NCBI RefSeq assembly: GCF_009834535.1
Contig: NC_045697.1
Span: forward strand, 113,028,001 to 113,092,000
Length of the DNA: 64,000 nucleotides
Direction: 5' to 3'
Source: Camelus ferus
Taxonomy: Eukaryota
Within the stretch, counting starts at the first letter, position 1, and each line of letters opens with the position of its first letter. The position numbers and the translations under genes were made by a program. Below the pieces are notes generated by a model, which worked only from the letters and a program-made list of their open reading frames with translations, ran no database searches and was not told the origin of the DNA. Below, piece by piece: positions 35,691 to 49,060 of the stretch.

Positions 35691-37589
35691 GAAATTTTAA
35701 AAATATTGGTTAAAATGGGAGTTGAGCTTTGTTTCTTCCAATGGAGTTGCAAATAGTATCAGCGCTTGATTTTTTAAGGATTTGATGTGTACAGACTACA
35801 TTTCTCAAGAGGGGTATCTGTTGAAACTGAGCTAATGGCAGTTACAGAAAGTTGAGGAGGGGCTTCCTTCAATCTACTATATCTTTATCTCTGTAGTTCC
35901 TAAATTTAGGAATTTTTTACTTCACTCTTAGATCTAAATTTACTTCAGAAAAATTTTTTTCTGGTATTTGGCTTGTATGTGGGATCTGAAGTGAGACAGA
36001 CCAAATTCCATGTGTGCTGTTCACTTCAGGCAAGGTATTTATTTGACTTTAGTAATTCTTAGTTTCCTCAGATTTATAATGACCTCAATGAAACCTGTAA
36101 CAAGTGGTTATTATAAGGATTAAATATAAAAATACTTTTAAAGAAAATAGCACAGTGCTTAATAATAATAATAACCTTTTAAAAATGCAGCTATTATTAT
36201 TAAAATCTAATTAAAAGATGTTTTTCTTATTATCTGAGATGGACCTGTATGCCTGATTTAGAGCCCAAACAGAGAAATTCTCAGTTTCAAGGATGATATA
36301 TAATGAACTAAAGACTATTGTGTTTTAATATTAAAATTTCAACCTAATTTGGATTTTTCTTTCAAAATTTACTTCAAAAAATAACATCAGTGATAGTATT
36401 TTTTTATTCCATTTTCGTTCTGAAAATTGTAAATTTTGGACTACACTCCGTTAACTGATCGACTACCTTAATTTGACATGCTGAACGTCATACATAGTAT
36501 CATTTTGAAAATGTCTTTATAATGGGTGGTAGATACAACCATTAGGAGCTTTTAAGTAAGTGTTTTCTTGGTGAACATTCCCTCTAAAATTTCTGAGTAG
36601 CCCTCGTATCAGTTTGTCATCTGCAGACAGTCTCAGATTTTTCTAGAACTGATTTTTCTAAATCCAGCAATTTGGTTTGACCAGTGGGCAGAATAACTTG
36701 ATTATACTTTGATTTCTGTGCCTGAAAAGTGATGCACACCACTCTTCTCCTGCTCATTCTCCATCCCAACCATTTTGGATAATGGATTTTCATTTCTTGC
36801 AGCACTGCTGTTTCCTTTGTAGTTTAATCCTGGGCACATTTATTTTAACTACTGATATTTTCTCCAGAAGTTATGTTTCAGCTTAAAATTGGTATAGCAT
36901 AGTATAGTATACCATATCTTTTTAGAAGAAGCTTTTTGAAGTATTTTACTTATAAAGCAAAATTTTAATGTCACCCTCCAACTTGCATCAAAAAGAACAT
37001 AGTACACAGATGGACTTCTAACATTCTAATATATTCTAGATTGACTTTTTTTAATGGCAAGTAAAAAATGGAATCTGTTTTACTTCTGTTTTACTCAATA
37101 TTTTTTTAAGTTGCAAAATAAATGTAGTATTCAAACTGGCTTGAAGGAAAAGGGAATTCATTGACTTTCCAAAATGACAAGTTCAGGGTTAGAGCAAGCT
37201 CATGTAGTGCTGGATTTGGTGCCAAACCCTCACAACTCCATAAAATTCTGTTAGTTTTCTCTTCATAAGGACTCTCCTAGGGTGTTGATCACAATGACCA
37301 CCAATTATACCAGGTTTGTAAGCTGCCAGAGTAGATGTTAATGCAAAACAAAACAAAAAAATCACATTTCTTTCCCAAGAATTACAGAGACCCAGGGCTG
37401 ACTCTGCTTACTGTAGCTAAGCCAGCTAAGACCTGGTGATATTTCTTAATTATCTGCTGTGGTTCTACTTGGCCTTGCTCGGGTCTTCTGCCTGTCCCTG
37501 AAGTAGGGGTGGATTCCACTCTACCTGAAACACATGGCCTGAGAGTGCAGGCCAATATTTCTCGAAGGAAATCCTAGGAGCCATTCCCT

Positions 37590-38640
37590 GTGGTTCCATA
37601 TCTTTACCAATAGTCAGTGGAGTTAGACCTTTTGATTTTGGCCACTCCAGTGGGTATGGCATGGTATTTTGTTTATAGTTTTAATTTGCAAACTCCTAAA
37701 GATTAAAGGTGTTTAGTATCCTTCCATGTTTTTTGAGCATTAGTACATCTTCTATGGCAAAGTGTTCAAATCTTTGGTTCATTCAGAAAAATTGGGATGT
37801 TCATCTTTTCACTGTTGATTTGTAGGTGTTCCTTATGAGTACAAATCATTTATTATATGTGTTATAAATATTTTTCCTCAGGCTGTGGCTTGGTTATTCA
37901 TTTTATTAGTGGTATCTTATAAGGAGCAGAAATTGTAAATATTTATGGAATTTAATTCATTTTCAAGTTTTTGGTCAGTGCTGTTTATGCCCTCTCCAAG
38001 GAAATTTGCTGATTCCAGGTTCTCCAAGATAATCTCCTGTTTTCTTCTAGAAGATTTATGGTTCTGGGTTTAATGCTTGGGTCCATGATCTGTATCAAAT
38101 ATAATTTTTGTGTTTGGTGAGGGATAGGAGACAAGTTTACTGTTGTTGTTGTTTTGCTTTGCCCACGCAGATACCCAACTGCGATACAGCAACGTTTGTT
38201 CAAAAGGCTCTCCTTTGTTTACTGAATGAATTTGGCACCTTGTTGCAAATCAATTGGCTGTATATGTGTGGGTTTATTTCTACACTCTTTATTCTGTTCA
38301 GATGATTCAATGCCTATTTGTGTGCCAACACTACATGATAACTTTATAGTAAGTCTTGAAATCAGGGAGTTGGAGAGCCCTAAGTGTGTTCTCTTTTTTT
38401 CAAGATGGTTTGAATGATTTTTGATCTTTAAAAATTCTGTACCTTTTTAGAATAAACTTGTCTATTTCTTTAAAAAACTCGAGTTTTTGTAGGAAGTATG
38501 TGAATTTTTACATTAATTTAGGGAGGTACATTCATGATAACAATGCATGAACTCTTAAAACTTTCAACTCATTTAGGTATTTTTAAGTTTCTCTTAGTTG
38601 AGTCTTCAAGTTTTTTGTGTAGTGACATTTCATGTTTTAT
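37590..38640 (-). mobile_element. Old L1 ORF2 remnant
   Basis: tttcttctagaagatttatggtt; ttggcaccttgttgcaaatcaattg; ctttatagtaagtcttgaaatcagg. Confidence 0.75.
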
Positions 38641-38724
38641 GCCAGGTCAGGGCTTCCCAAACTGACATTATTAACATTTTAGAGCAGATAATTTTTTTGT
38701 TGTGGGATATTGTCTATGCACTTG

Positions 38725-38897
38725 GGCTTACGACTTCTCCGCTCGAGTGGCTTTTCCTCTTTTGAGCAATAAAGCAGCTTTTCTCTTTGTCCCTGTGCTC
38801 TGTTGAAAATTCTTTCTCAACCGACAGGCAAGGACTCACACTGTAGGTGGGCTTTCTAATCTGAGAGCCCCTCTACCCACTAACACTCCTACTGGCA
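38725..38897 (+). mobile_element. 5'-truncated LTR 3' end, near-identical to 42307-42479
   Basis: About 13 differences over about 173 bp versus the second copy (by eye); AATAAA and terminal ...ACTGGCA; preceded by a MER20-like fragment. Confidence 0.85.
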
Positions 38898-39369
38898 TAC
38901 ATGTGTGTGTATGTAGATTTGGAATACTCTACTTTTAAATTGTTCTTACGTTTACAGTAAGGTATCAACTTAGATCATTGACTTGGCATTTTTATATTAA
39001 GTGCCTTATAATCTTTTTACAGGAAGTGCTTATGTAATGTAAGCTTTCTTTCTCCCTGAACATGGCTTCAGCTGCATCCTACAAATTTTGGTATCATGTA
39101 TTCTAAAATCCCAAATATTTTCAATTTTACAGATATCTTGTTATTTATTTGTAATGTAATAATGTATTAGTCAAATGTATACCACATTTAATTTTAATTC
39201 TTTATTCTTATGGCATTTATTGAGTTATTTTGAATAACCCTCCCTATGGTCTAACCAGATGAATCCTGCATGTGCAATTGAAAAGAATGTATCTTCTATT
39301 GGTGTTGGGTGAGGCATTCTATAAATGTCTTAGTTCACCCTTGTTTATAGGGTTATTTATATATTTTAT

Positions 39370-40500
39370 AGCTTTGACGCAGTAACCCACTTCTAATTAA
39401 TGCCAGCGTTATCATGAAAAATCATTTGTAAACCACACTCCTCACCTATAAAAATTGGTCATAGGGACTTCCCACTAAGGCTTGGATAATGGGTTGAGGT
39501 GAAAAGCAGGACCAAGAGAAATGTGAACATCCTGTTTATGCAACTTCCGTGGGCTTTCAGGAGATACTCTGAACAAATAAGTATATTCCAGTTGAACTTG
39601 GAAGGCTACTGAGTATAATCTACTGTTTGAATTGATCCCAAATTCTCAGCTCATAATGAATTTCTCAGTTTTTAATATCTCCCAGTGTCCAGTCATCAGA
39701 TGTTCAAGCCAAGAACTGTCTCAGAAGGACAATTACCTTCCCCAAATGGCTTGGCTTTCCTCCAGAATCCTGAGACTTTGGTGTGATTTTCCTAACAAAG
39801 CCAGCCACGGTCTGCAGAGAGCACTTAACCATCACTGGCTCTCTTGGATCATAGAAGCAAAAATGGTGGCACTGCTTGAACCTCAGCCTATGTCATCTGG
39901 AAAGTATTTTCTCTTTCAGACTCCACTAAAAGCTGGCACATCTTTAGATCATTTGGTAAATGTGACACTTAGCATTGTCATCTTTTAGTAAAGGAGAAAA
40001 ATGTGCTGCATTTGATATATTGTGATATGCTGAAGTCCATTTTACCTCCTCTTCCCTCAGATGCTTCAGTGAGGTGACAGACCCCTGTGTTTTCCAGAGA
40101 TTTATCTTTCATCTTCTGTATCTCGCTAAAGCAGCCAGAATATTTACATTTCCCTTTCTCCAAGTCCAATCAGCATGATGTCACCAGTATAGTAAGATAT
40201 CCTTGGGATGGTGAGGTCACCCAAGTTCCTGTTTATTGAATGACAGCAAGTAGTCAGAACTGACGTGGTTCTGACATAAAATACTACAATGTCCTGCTGT
40301 TCCTTCCAGGTAAAAGCAAATTGCTTCTAGGGTTCTCCACTTCTTGGTTAAAAAAAAAATCATTTGTGAAAGGTGAGAAGGGCTCTGATGCTGTGCCCTC
40401 GTCAAGACAGCAGCAGCAATGGGAGTGTGGCTGTCTGATCATGCTCATTATAGTCACTGTCATTCTTCAGTTCTTCTCAGTTTTTCACACTGGCTAAAAG
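39370..40500 (-). mobile_element. ERV-L pol (reverse transcriptase) fossil
   Basis: Minus-strand frameshifted peptides PV*KT..*RMTV, PIAAAV, KQFAFTWKEQQ, YYTGDIMLIGLGEREM, GFWRKA correspond in order to ERV-L pol WPVQKTDGSWRMTVDY, PIAAAV, KQFAFSWQGQQ, HYIDDIMLIG, GFWSKA. Confidence 0.85.
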
Positions 40501-41139
40501 AAACACCAAAAAGAGATACGATAGGACTTACTCTTTATTATCTCTCCCTCTCTGGGGGTTGTAAGGTCCGTGAAGGCAAGGAATGTGATTTATTTTATTC
40601 ATAAATCTTAGACCTCTGCTTGGCACTTGACCAAATATTTGTTAAATTCATGAATATTTAGATATAGATAAATTGAAAGGTGTGTGAGGGAATTACAAAG
40701 CATGTAGTGAAAGACGTAAATAGGGGCTCATAATTGAAAGGCATTTTGATGGAGAAGATTTTGGAATCTATTATGTAAGTAACAGGGAATTGTTGAATGA
40801 TCTTTAAAGTAATGCGATGATTTATATTTTAGAAATATGATTAAAATATTAAGTGGAGGATGGTTTAGAGGGTGAAGAGCCCGAAGATAGTGAGGCCTAG
40901 GAAACAGGACAAATCAGAGATAGTCATCCAGGACTTCAGACCAGTCTTATGTTTCTGTCCATCAACCATCATTCTGTAATGGGTTAGCTTAATACCCATC
41001 TGTGTTAAAAATTCTTAGGAAGAAAAAAACCAGTTTTCTTTAAAGTCTTAAAAGTGTCTCTGAAAATTACAGCAAATATCATACTTCATGACGAAGCTTT
41101 AAAATACTTCCATTATGGGAGGAAAAAAGAAATCTGACA

Positions 41140-41705
41140 AGGGGGCCTACAGAGAAAGAAAAGAAGAAATCCTGACAGCTGTTAGCTGGTGACTGACCTG
41201 GCCTCAAGGCAAGGCTATGCTGTTTCTTCCTTAATATAAGCAATTTCATAGAACATCCATCCACATCAGCCAAGGTCACTCTGATAATGTTAGCAAAACC
41301 AAGACTGCTGAGTCATTTCTGAGCAAAGGAAGACAGAGGAACACTGTGCAAATCACAAAAGCAACCAAGCATCCAACTCAGCGCGCTACATGAATGACTG
41401 TCGTTTCCTTGAGCGGTTACAGCTTGAACCCCCTCAATTCCACCTACCTCCCAGATAAAAATGAAGATGTGCAATCATAGAATTGCCCTCACTTTCTGAC
41501 AACACGCAATCACAAAACACCCTTCTCCATTCCTCCTCAAAGTGATGTCACCCAAGCCTCAATTCTCTAACTGTCCCCTCGTAATATCCTCTTACTGAGA
41601 TACCCCGTTGTTTCCCGTGGCATTTGGTCTCCCTTGCAACACGTCATAAGCCCAGGTTTGATTCTGCTGATTTTTGGGGTCTTTGGCTGGTAAGCATCTA
41701 CTTTA
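41140..41705 (+). mobile_element. MER39/MER34-like ERV1 LTR
   Basis: agcaatttcatagaacatc, catcagccaaggtcactctga, tcacaaaagcaacc, tcctcttactgagatacc motifs. Confidence 0.55.
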
Positions 41706-41729
41706 CATGACTGCAATTATTAAACAGAT

Positions 41730-42479
41730 TGTGGAGGGAAAAACAGATTCTTTTAGAAGGGATGCAAAAGAAGCAATGTCCCCGAGGCAAAGCTAGGTTT
41801 TACTTAAAGAGAGAAGGTGAAGGGAACATTCGGGAAGATGGCTGGGGAGTCCACACCACCACTTACAGCTGTGTGGGCTACACATGGGGAGCAGGGGGGA
41901 CTGGAAACTGAAACCCCGACCTATTGCCTAGAGACTTCTTTAAAGGTTTAGAATTGACCTGTTTAATACTAATCTAGAGTTGGCCTTAGGAAATACTTTT
42001 GCTTGGGTAATGGGAAAGGCTATGTTGTGGAAACACAAATCCCTGACTTGACTTAATACATATAACCACATTGTTTGAGGGACCTGCCAGCTAGATCTTG
42101 TAGTTTTTGTTTTTGTTTTTGTTTTTGTTTTTGTTTTTGTTTTTGTTTTTGTTTTTTGCAAAGTGCTTGCTGCACAGAGCAGAAGGAGCTGGAGAAATGA
42201 GCACGAAAAAGGCAGTCAATGAGAAGGAGACAAGAGGCCACAAAGAAGATGGATAAAAGGACCCAGGCGAGACCCCAAAAGTGGGAGTTCTCATGTCAAG
42301 CCACCTGGCTTACGACTTCTCCACTCGAGTGGCTTTTTCTCTTTTGAGCAATAAAGCAGCTTTTCTCTTTGTCCTTCTGCTCTGTTGAAAATTCTTTCTC
42401 AGCCGGCAGGCAAGGACGCACACTTAGAGTGGGTTTTCTAATCTGAGGGCCCCTATACTCACTAACACTCCTACTGGCA
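41730..42479 (+). mobile_element. Lineage-specific LTR (TG...CA) containing a (GTTTTT)n microsatellite at about 42103-42157
   Basis: TATA-like gataaaag near 42252, AATAAA near 42350, terminal ACTGGCA; 3' part duplicated at 38725; 5' boundary uncertain. Confidence 0.65.
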
Positions 42480-44824
42480 GAGAAGTACCTTTAAAAATTG
42501 CGTGGCAGCACAGTGTGACTTGGCTATGGCGCTCTTGAGGTTAAGGAAGGTTTGGCTGTAGACCCAGCATGCATTCCGGAGGGAGATGTACAGAATTCTA
42601 TGGGGATGAGAAGCTGGGGGGTGAGGGTGGACTTGGAAGAGTCGAGCTTCATGTAGTGAGTGAGGTGATCAGTGATAAAGTACATGACACCTGTGACACG
42701 GCCAACCCCAACTGTGTCCAGTGGAATGGGGCAATAAAGTATGAGATGTGGGGTGGAGGCACCTCCTGCCGGAAGCATGCAGGGTAATGGACCCCTGTTC
42801 ACTCCCCTGACAGCAGGTGGATGCCAGGGGAGGGACAGTCGTCCCTGGAACTCCTGTATCTGTGGGTCTCTCTCCAATCTCCAGAACAGGGGTACCTACT
42901 TAAACTCCTGCCAGTGGAGTCATGGAGGCCAGCGGAGGGACCAGCTTACCTGGAGTACAGGAAGTTCCTGTTTTCCTTTTGTATTTCTCCTCCAGGACAT
43001 GTAGCAGCCGGGGGATGCTCGCAGACAAGGATGTGTTCTTTCTTGCTTTCACTGATGCTCACTCTCTTTCTATCTCAGAGGAATGCTCTTCCAATTGGCT
43101 CAACAAGTAACCGATCTTCCCTCAAACTCAGTTCAGGAATTAACTCTTCGCGAAGCCTTCACTGACTCTGGAATTGAGCTGACTTCTTCCCTCTTTGAAC
43201 TCCTATTATATTTATTGCAGCACCCATCTCAAATTAATACCATCTATTTATTTACATATTTCTTTCTCCTTAAAAGCACATTAAAAAGTACATACTATCT
43301 TTTATTCTTTTGTCTTTACTACACAGCACAATTCCTGACACATAGAGGTGTTTGGTGATACCAAGTCAGATACACTGGGCTTAATTTATTTCAAGATAAA
43401 CTAATGTGATCGAATGGAATGAATGTGGCACTGGAAGGAAGAAACCCCAGCTTTTTAGACTCACCTCTGCTGACTGTGTTCATTCGTACAAGACTCAACC
43501 TCTGTACATTTTTACTTCCTGAAGTGTAAAAATGAAGGTATTAGTCAAATCTCTGAAAGCTCATCACTTTCAGCATCCCTACTCAGTGATTCAGACTCAG
43601 TGATTCAGCCTCATGCTTGACCTTTTTAGCTGAGTTTTCATAATTTGTATAAACAGCAGTGAGCATTCCTGGGCACAGAAGATCAATGTGATCATTGATA
43701 ATAAGGCTTTTGCTCAAGTACTGAGGGCCAACTAGGAAATCTGGCCTTGAACCCCAAGGCTATCAAATCTCACACTGACTGAGAAACAAACAGAAGTACA
43801 GTTTATCATGCTTTTATCCAAGTAGAATTTGTGCAATGAACTTGGGGTCTATTGAATTACCTTGAATACAGAAACGTTTACATCACTAAGCCAATTTGGA
43901 ACCTGTAATTTACTAGAATAATTTCAAAGCTTACACACATACAATTCACCTGTGTCACTGAAGAATAATTCCCTTCCCACATGCTGTATATATATACACA
44001 TATAACCTTTGGCCACCAGGAACCAGTTACCATAACACTGTGATGTCAAATGAATTAAATAGCAACATTAGCTCTAATATTATGAAGATGGTGTTTACAA
44101 ATAATGGAACTGCCTTTGAACTGTTTCCACAAAGAGCTACACTAACTCATAAAACAAGGACCTTCACATTATCAAAATGATGCTGTTTTCTCAAGCTGCT
44201 TTTGTAAAAGAGATGAGTGATTTTTTTGACACTAGTAGGTGAGTTAAAATAAAAGCAATGTATTTTAATGCAAAATAATCTTTAAATACAAATGATATTC
44301 AGTCTTATCAACCACTATGGATTTATATCATATAGAGCAGGGTAGTGAGGGCAAGGAATATGCCATTCCAAGAGGGTGTCTGCAGGCTTATGTTAATTAT
44401 ATAGTCTGAGACAATGGTCAATGTACTGGTCAATGTGCTCTGAAGAGTGACAAGGGCAGTTCGGGTCATGGTCTTCAGTAAGTTATTGTTGCAATTCTGT
44501 GTGGACATGTACAGAGCATCAAAACACTGTGGAATTTGCCCAGCTGAAAAAAAATTGCTATAATTATATTCGAAAGATTATCAAGGCTTTTAAAATTACT
44601 TTCTGTAAAAAAAAATATTGCCTTTGAGTAAAGAATGTCATTTCTGTAAATACTAGCCCTTAGCTATGTTCAGTTTGAGATCTGAAAAGTGATTATCAAT
44701 CCCCAAATAACAGAAAATATGTCTACTCTTTTATTTTTTGGGGTGAGGCCAATGAAAATGTGCCAAAACCTTAAACATGTTTTAGAACTGGAATATTTCC
44801 AGGAAAACAAAACACTTGTCCTTT

Positions 44825-45125
44825 TTTCTTAATTTAATTTTTTATTGAGGTGTATTTTCTTTTTACAATGTTGTGTTACAGCAAACTGTAACACAACATT
44901 GAATTTTTACATACAGTTTTACATACATATACATAAATCTATATTCAGAATCTTTTCCATTATATGTTATTACAAGAAATTGAATATAGTTCCCTGTGCT
45001 ATACCGTAGGTCCTTGTTGTTTATCTATTTTATATTTAGTAGTGTGTATCTGCTAATCCCAAATTCCTAATTTATCCCTCACCCTCTTTTCCCTTCTGGT
45101 AACCGTATTTTTTTTTCTATGTCCG
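44825..45125 (-). mobile_element. L1 3' end with degenerate TSD and internal hairpin
   Basis: Flanks aaaacacttgtcctt / aaagcacttgttctt; body matches the other L1 3' copies in the window. Confidence 0.8.
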
Positions 45126-45279
45126 AAAGCACTTGTTCTTAGTAATATTTTATTTAGCTAAGACCATATTCTGTATGAAACACTGAACTCACTTCCCCTA
45201 AGTCACAGGAAAACCGGTTTTGCTAGTGGAACGAGTGACCTACATCACCCTCAGGTGTTCTGACTCTTTGATGCCATCG

Positions 45280-45770
45280 TGTATTAGCTCCCACTGCTGC
45301 TGTAACAAATTCTCAACAAATGTAGTGGCTTGAAGTAACACAAATTATATTTTTACAGTTGTGGAGGTCGAAAGTCCAAAGTGAGTCTCACTGAGCCAAG
45401 TCAAGTTGTCATCAGGGTGCTCCTTCAGAAGCCTCGAGAGAATTGTTTTCCTTTTGTTTTCCGGCTCCTGAGGCTGCCTGCATCCTTTGGCTCCCGGGCC
45501 CTCCCTCTGTCTTCAAAACACATCACTCCAACCTCTGCTTCCATCAATTCTCCTCCTTTTTCTGGCTTTCATACTTGCTTTCCTTTTATCAGGACCCTGT
45601 GATCACACTGGGCTCACTTAGATAATTACTCCGGGGTAGTCTTTCCATCTCAACATCCTTAACATAATCCCATGTGCGAAGTCCCTTCTACCATGTAAGG
45701 TCACATATGCACCAGTTCTGGGGACTGAGACCTGAGATGTTTGAGGGGCCATTTTTCTGTTTTTGACACA
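45280..45770 (-). mobile_element. MLT1 LTR inserted in a Charlie-like DNA transposon (continues to about 46205)
   Basis: tgtattag...gctgtaacaaat...gtggcttgaa...catccttaacataatcccat...ccatgtaaggtcacata. Confidence 0.7.
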
Positions 45771-47659
45771 CAGACTCCTTTGCAGTCTGCTGAAGTCTAT
45801 GGTTTCCTTTTCAGAGTAATGTTTTTAAATGCATAAAGTAAAATTCATGAGTCTATAATGAAAAGTAATTGTATTAAAATACAATAATCAAAACATTTAA
45901 AAATCAATGTGTGCCATAGTGATATGTGTACTTTTTAAATGATTGTATTAAATAATAATTGCAATGGCTAATAATAACTATAATAATTTCAAAGTAGTAA
46001 CAGATACAAACAATATTTGCAACAACTCTTATGTGATACAAAAATATCTGATTTCTGTTGTACTAATACTAATATTGTGGTGGTGGGGTTTTTTCCCTAT
46101 ACATTAATAACTGGAGGAAATGCTAAACTTCAATTAGAAGTTAAGGCAAAAAATATAATTTTTATTTCTACTCATGTTCTTGGACTGTAGGCTAAGAACC
46201 CCTACTGTACACACATAGAGGGAGAAAAAGATTTACGATTTATCAGTGTGTGTCGGTGTGCGTGTGTGTGTGCGTGCATGCGTGTGTATGTGTATGATTC
46301 CCACTGACAAATAAAAGCCAAGAAACTTGCAATTGTTCAACATTTCTTCAACTGTCTTTGCTTTTTCCTGGCATTCAATTATTAATGGAAAAATAAAATT
46401 AATTATGGAATTCCTTATCAAATCTGTATTATGAGATTCTCATTCTGCCCAACATTAGATACTAAGATATTCGTAGACACATGACTTGTCCTTCTGTATC
46501 TATTCCACTTTCAAAATATCATCCTGGTTAATTTTAATATTTATTAAACAACGGGATTTTGGTGTCGTCTAGGAGCTTGCATTTAATTTAGCATAATAGG
46601 ATGTACATATTCTGCTGCACGAAAACCATCCAATGCATTTTGAATACGCTGTGGTTTAATCATTTATGGCTTTTATTAGATACAATTTTCTTTACATTTT
46701 TACATAATAAGTAAGTTTGTGTCTCTGCAGTCCAAAACAATAGAGTTCTATACCATAAAGGCTTATGGGAGGCTGAACGTTTACCTTCAACAACAATTTT
46801 TATCCTCAAAGGACTGACCCAATAAAGCAGAAGACTTTCTTTTTTTTACTTGACTTTATTTCTTAATAGCCCATTTTCAAAAAGCCCTAATATGCAGACA
46901 TACTATAATCAATTACACACCTACATTTATACACTAAACACGTATGTCTGACTAACTAGAGAAAGGCTGAAATATGTTTTAATACTTCCAGCACCTGGAA
47001 ACTCAGAAATTTAAGCCAAAATATTCTACTCTGATGCTCAGCTTAGGGCTTAATATGGGGCCATTTGAGAATTGAGTTCACAGTGCTTTTTAAAAGTTCT
47101 TTATACCCTCACTTTAAAATAATCAGTGGTGCCTGCTTACAATTTCTGATCACAGATTCTGCTTATACTGTGATTATCCAGGGAGCACATCTTTCTGGTT
47201 GGTGGGAAACTAGGCCAAGTGCAACTGTGTAACCAAATGCAGAGTCCCAGGCAGAAGGGTCACATGGAAATGGATTTTGTAGGTCAAAGCCCCTAAACAC
47301 GCTTGCAGCTTTCCTGTATTTGTGGATATGGTGAATGACTGGAGAAAAGAAAAGTTCTGTGTAGTGACAGAAATAGTGAGCTGCAGCCCTGAAAAATCCC
47401 ATGAGAGCTTGTGCTTACTGACATCATCACACTGCATCCCTGCAGGTTTTCCTGTCAATCAGGGCATCAGGAGCCTCCCATCTTTAGCAGTTTCAAATTC
47501 TATAATTTGGGGTGGATCTGGGGGGTGTGTGTGTGTGTATACAATTCACACAAAACTGAAAGCTGACACGAACAAATTTGAAAAATTCTAATAAGATCTG
47601 CTATATTAATGTTCTATGTTTTTCTTTATGGAAGACATTTTCTATACATGTTTATTTTT

Positions 47660-47853
47660 TTAAAATGAAGTAGAGTCAGTTTACAATGTTCTGTCAATTT
47701 CTGGTGCACAGCATAAGAGATCAGTCATACATATACAAACATATATTCATTTTCATATTCATTTACATTATAGATTACTACAAGATGTTGAACATTGTTC
47801 CCTGTGCTCTACAGTGTATTCTTGCTGTTTATCTATTTCATATATAGTAGTTA
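47660..47853 (-). mobile_element. L1 3' end with 17-bp TSD
   Basis: TATACATGTTTATTTTT at 47643-47659 and 47854-47870. Confidence 0.85.
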
Positions 47854-48614
47854 TATACATGTTTATTTTTAGTTATTTTTGACAGGAGTCACAGCCTTAA
47901 TTAAATTATCATGATATAGCTGAGGCATTCAAGATCTCTACTGTTGGGAAGATGTTTTTATGGGATACGAGATACTATGTTCCTTTGATCAGGGAATGAG
48001 ATAAATCTGAGTTACTGCTCTGGGAGTCAGAAGTGACATTTGCCAAGTGGAATGTTATGGTTAGAATAAAGGGAGAAACACACAGCTTGAGAAATGTCCT
48101 TTTTTATTTGCCACTAAATATCATTCAAGTTTATGGCAATGCTCTACCAAAGATATCCTCAAGTGTGACCACATATGATGAAATAGAGAAATTGTGTAAT
48201 ATGATTGGGGGAGTCAAAAAGTTACAGACCCACAAAAACTACAGACCAGACAATATATTTATTATTATTTGCTGCATTTAGTGTTCACTTACCAAATATT
48301 TATTATGCTGGGCCCTGGGAAGATCTAGATAAATGTTCCACAATTCTGCTTTGAAATTGTGGTTTGGTAGAGATGGCTGCAAAAGAACCAAACAAAACCA
48401 CAACACCTTCTGTAAGATGGAAACATAGGTACATATATAAAGTGCTCTGGGGTCAGAGAGTGAAGCAAAGTTTTAATTCTGAAATATTAAAATCTTTCAA
48501 GATAGAATTGTATTTCATTAAATCACATTGCATGGTTAGAATTCCAACTTCGTCACTGACTGAGCTCATGAAAGATATTTGTCTTTTTTGAACCTCAGAT
48601 ATAATACAGAATAA

Positions 48615-49060
48615 TAATAACTAATATCTATGAAACTATATACCAGGCATTGTTCTAAAGCCTTTATAAGTATCATTATATATGTTATTTATTAGGATAT
48701 ACTATTATATAGTATATTTATTATTATTTTATATAGTATATATTATATATTATTATATATAATATATAATTATAATATATATACTATAATACATTATGAC
48801 ATATTATAACATACATTAATAATATAGTAATATATCATTAATAATATATTTATTATTACTATATAATAGGCATTGTTCTAAACCCTTTATGTATACATTA
48901 TCTCATGTAATTCTTACAACAACCTTATGAGCTAAGTACTAGTGATACTGTTCCCATTTTACAGATGAGAAAACTGAGGCACAGAGAAAGAAATAGCTGC
49001 CAAGTTCATAGCTAACATGTAACAGAGCAGGGATTCAAACCTCATCAGTCAGCTTTAATT
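48615..49060 (-). mobile_element. MIR SINE with an AT-rich low-complexity expansion
   Basis: MIR core cccattttacagatgagaaaactgaggcacagag near 48953. Confidence 0.8.

Noticed and set aside
38725..42479. Provirus made of two LTRs flanking a pol fragment
   Set aside because: The pol is on the opposite strand, far more decayed than the LTR pair and mixed with L1 and other LTRs; no PBS follows the first copy
44323..44508. Thr/Leu-rich minus-strand ORF resembling a NUMT
   Set aside because: Could not be matched to any mitochondrial gene; the resemblance is compositional only
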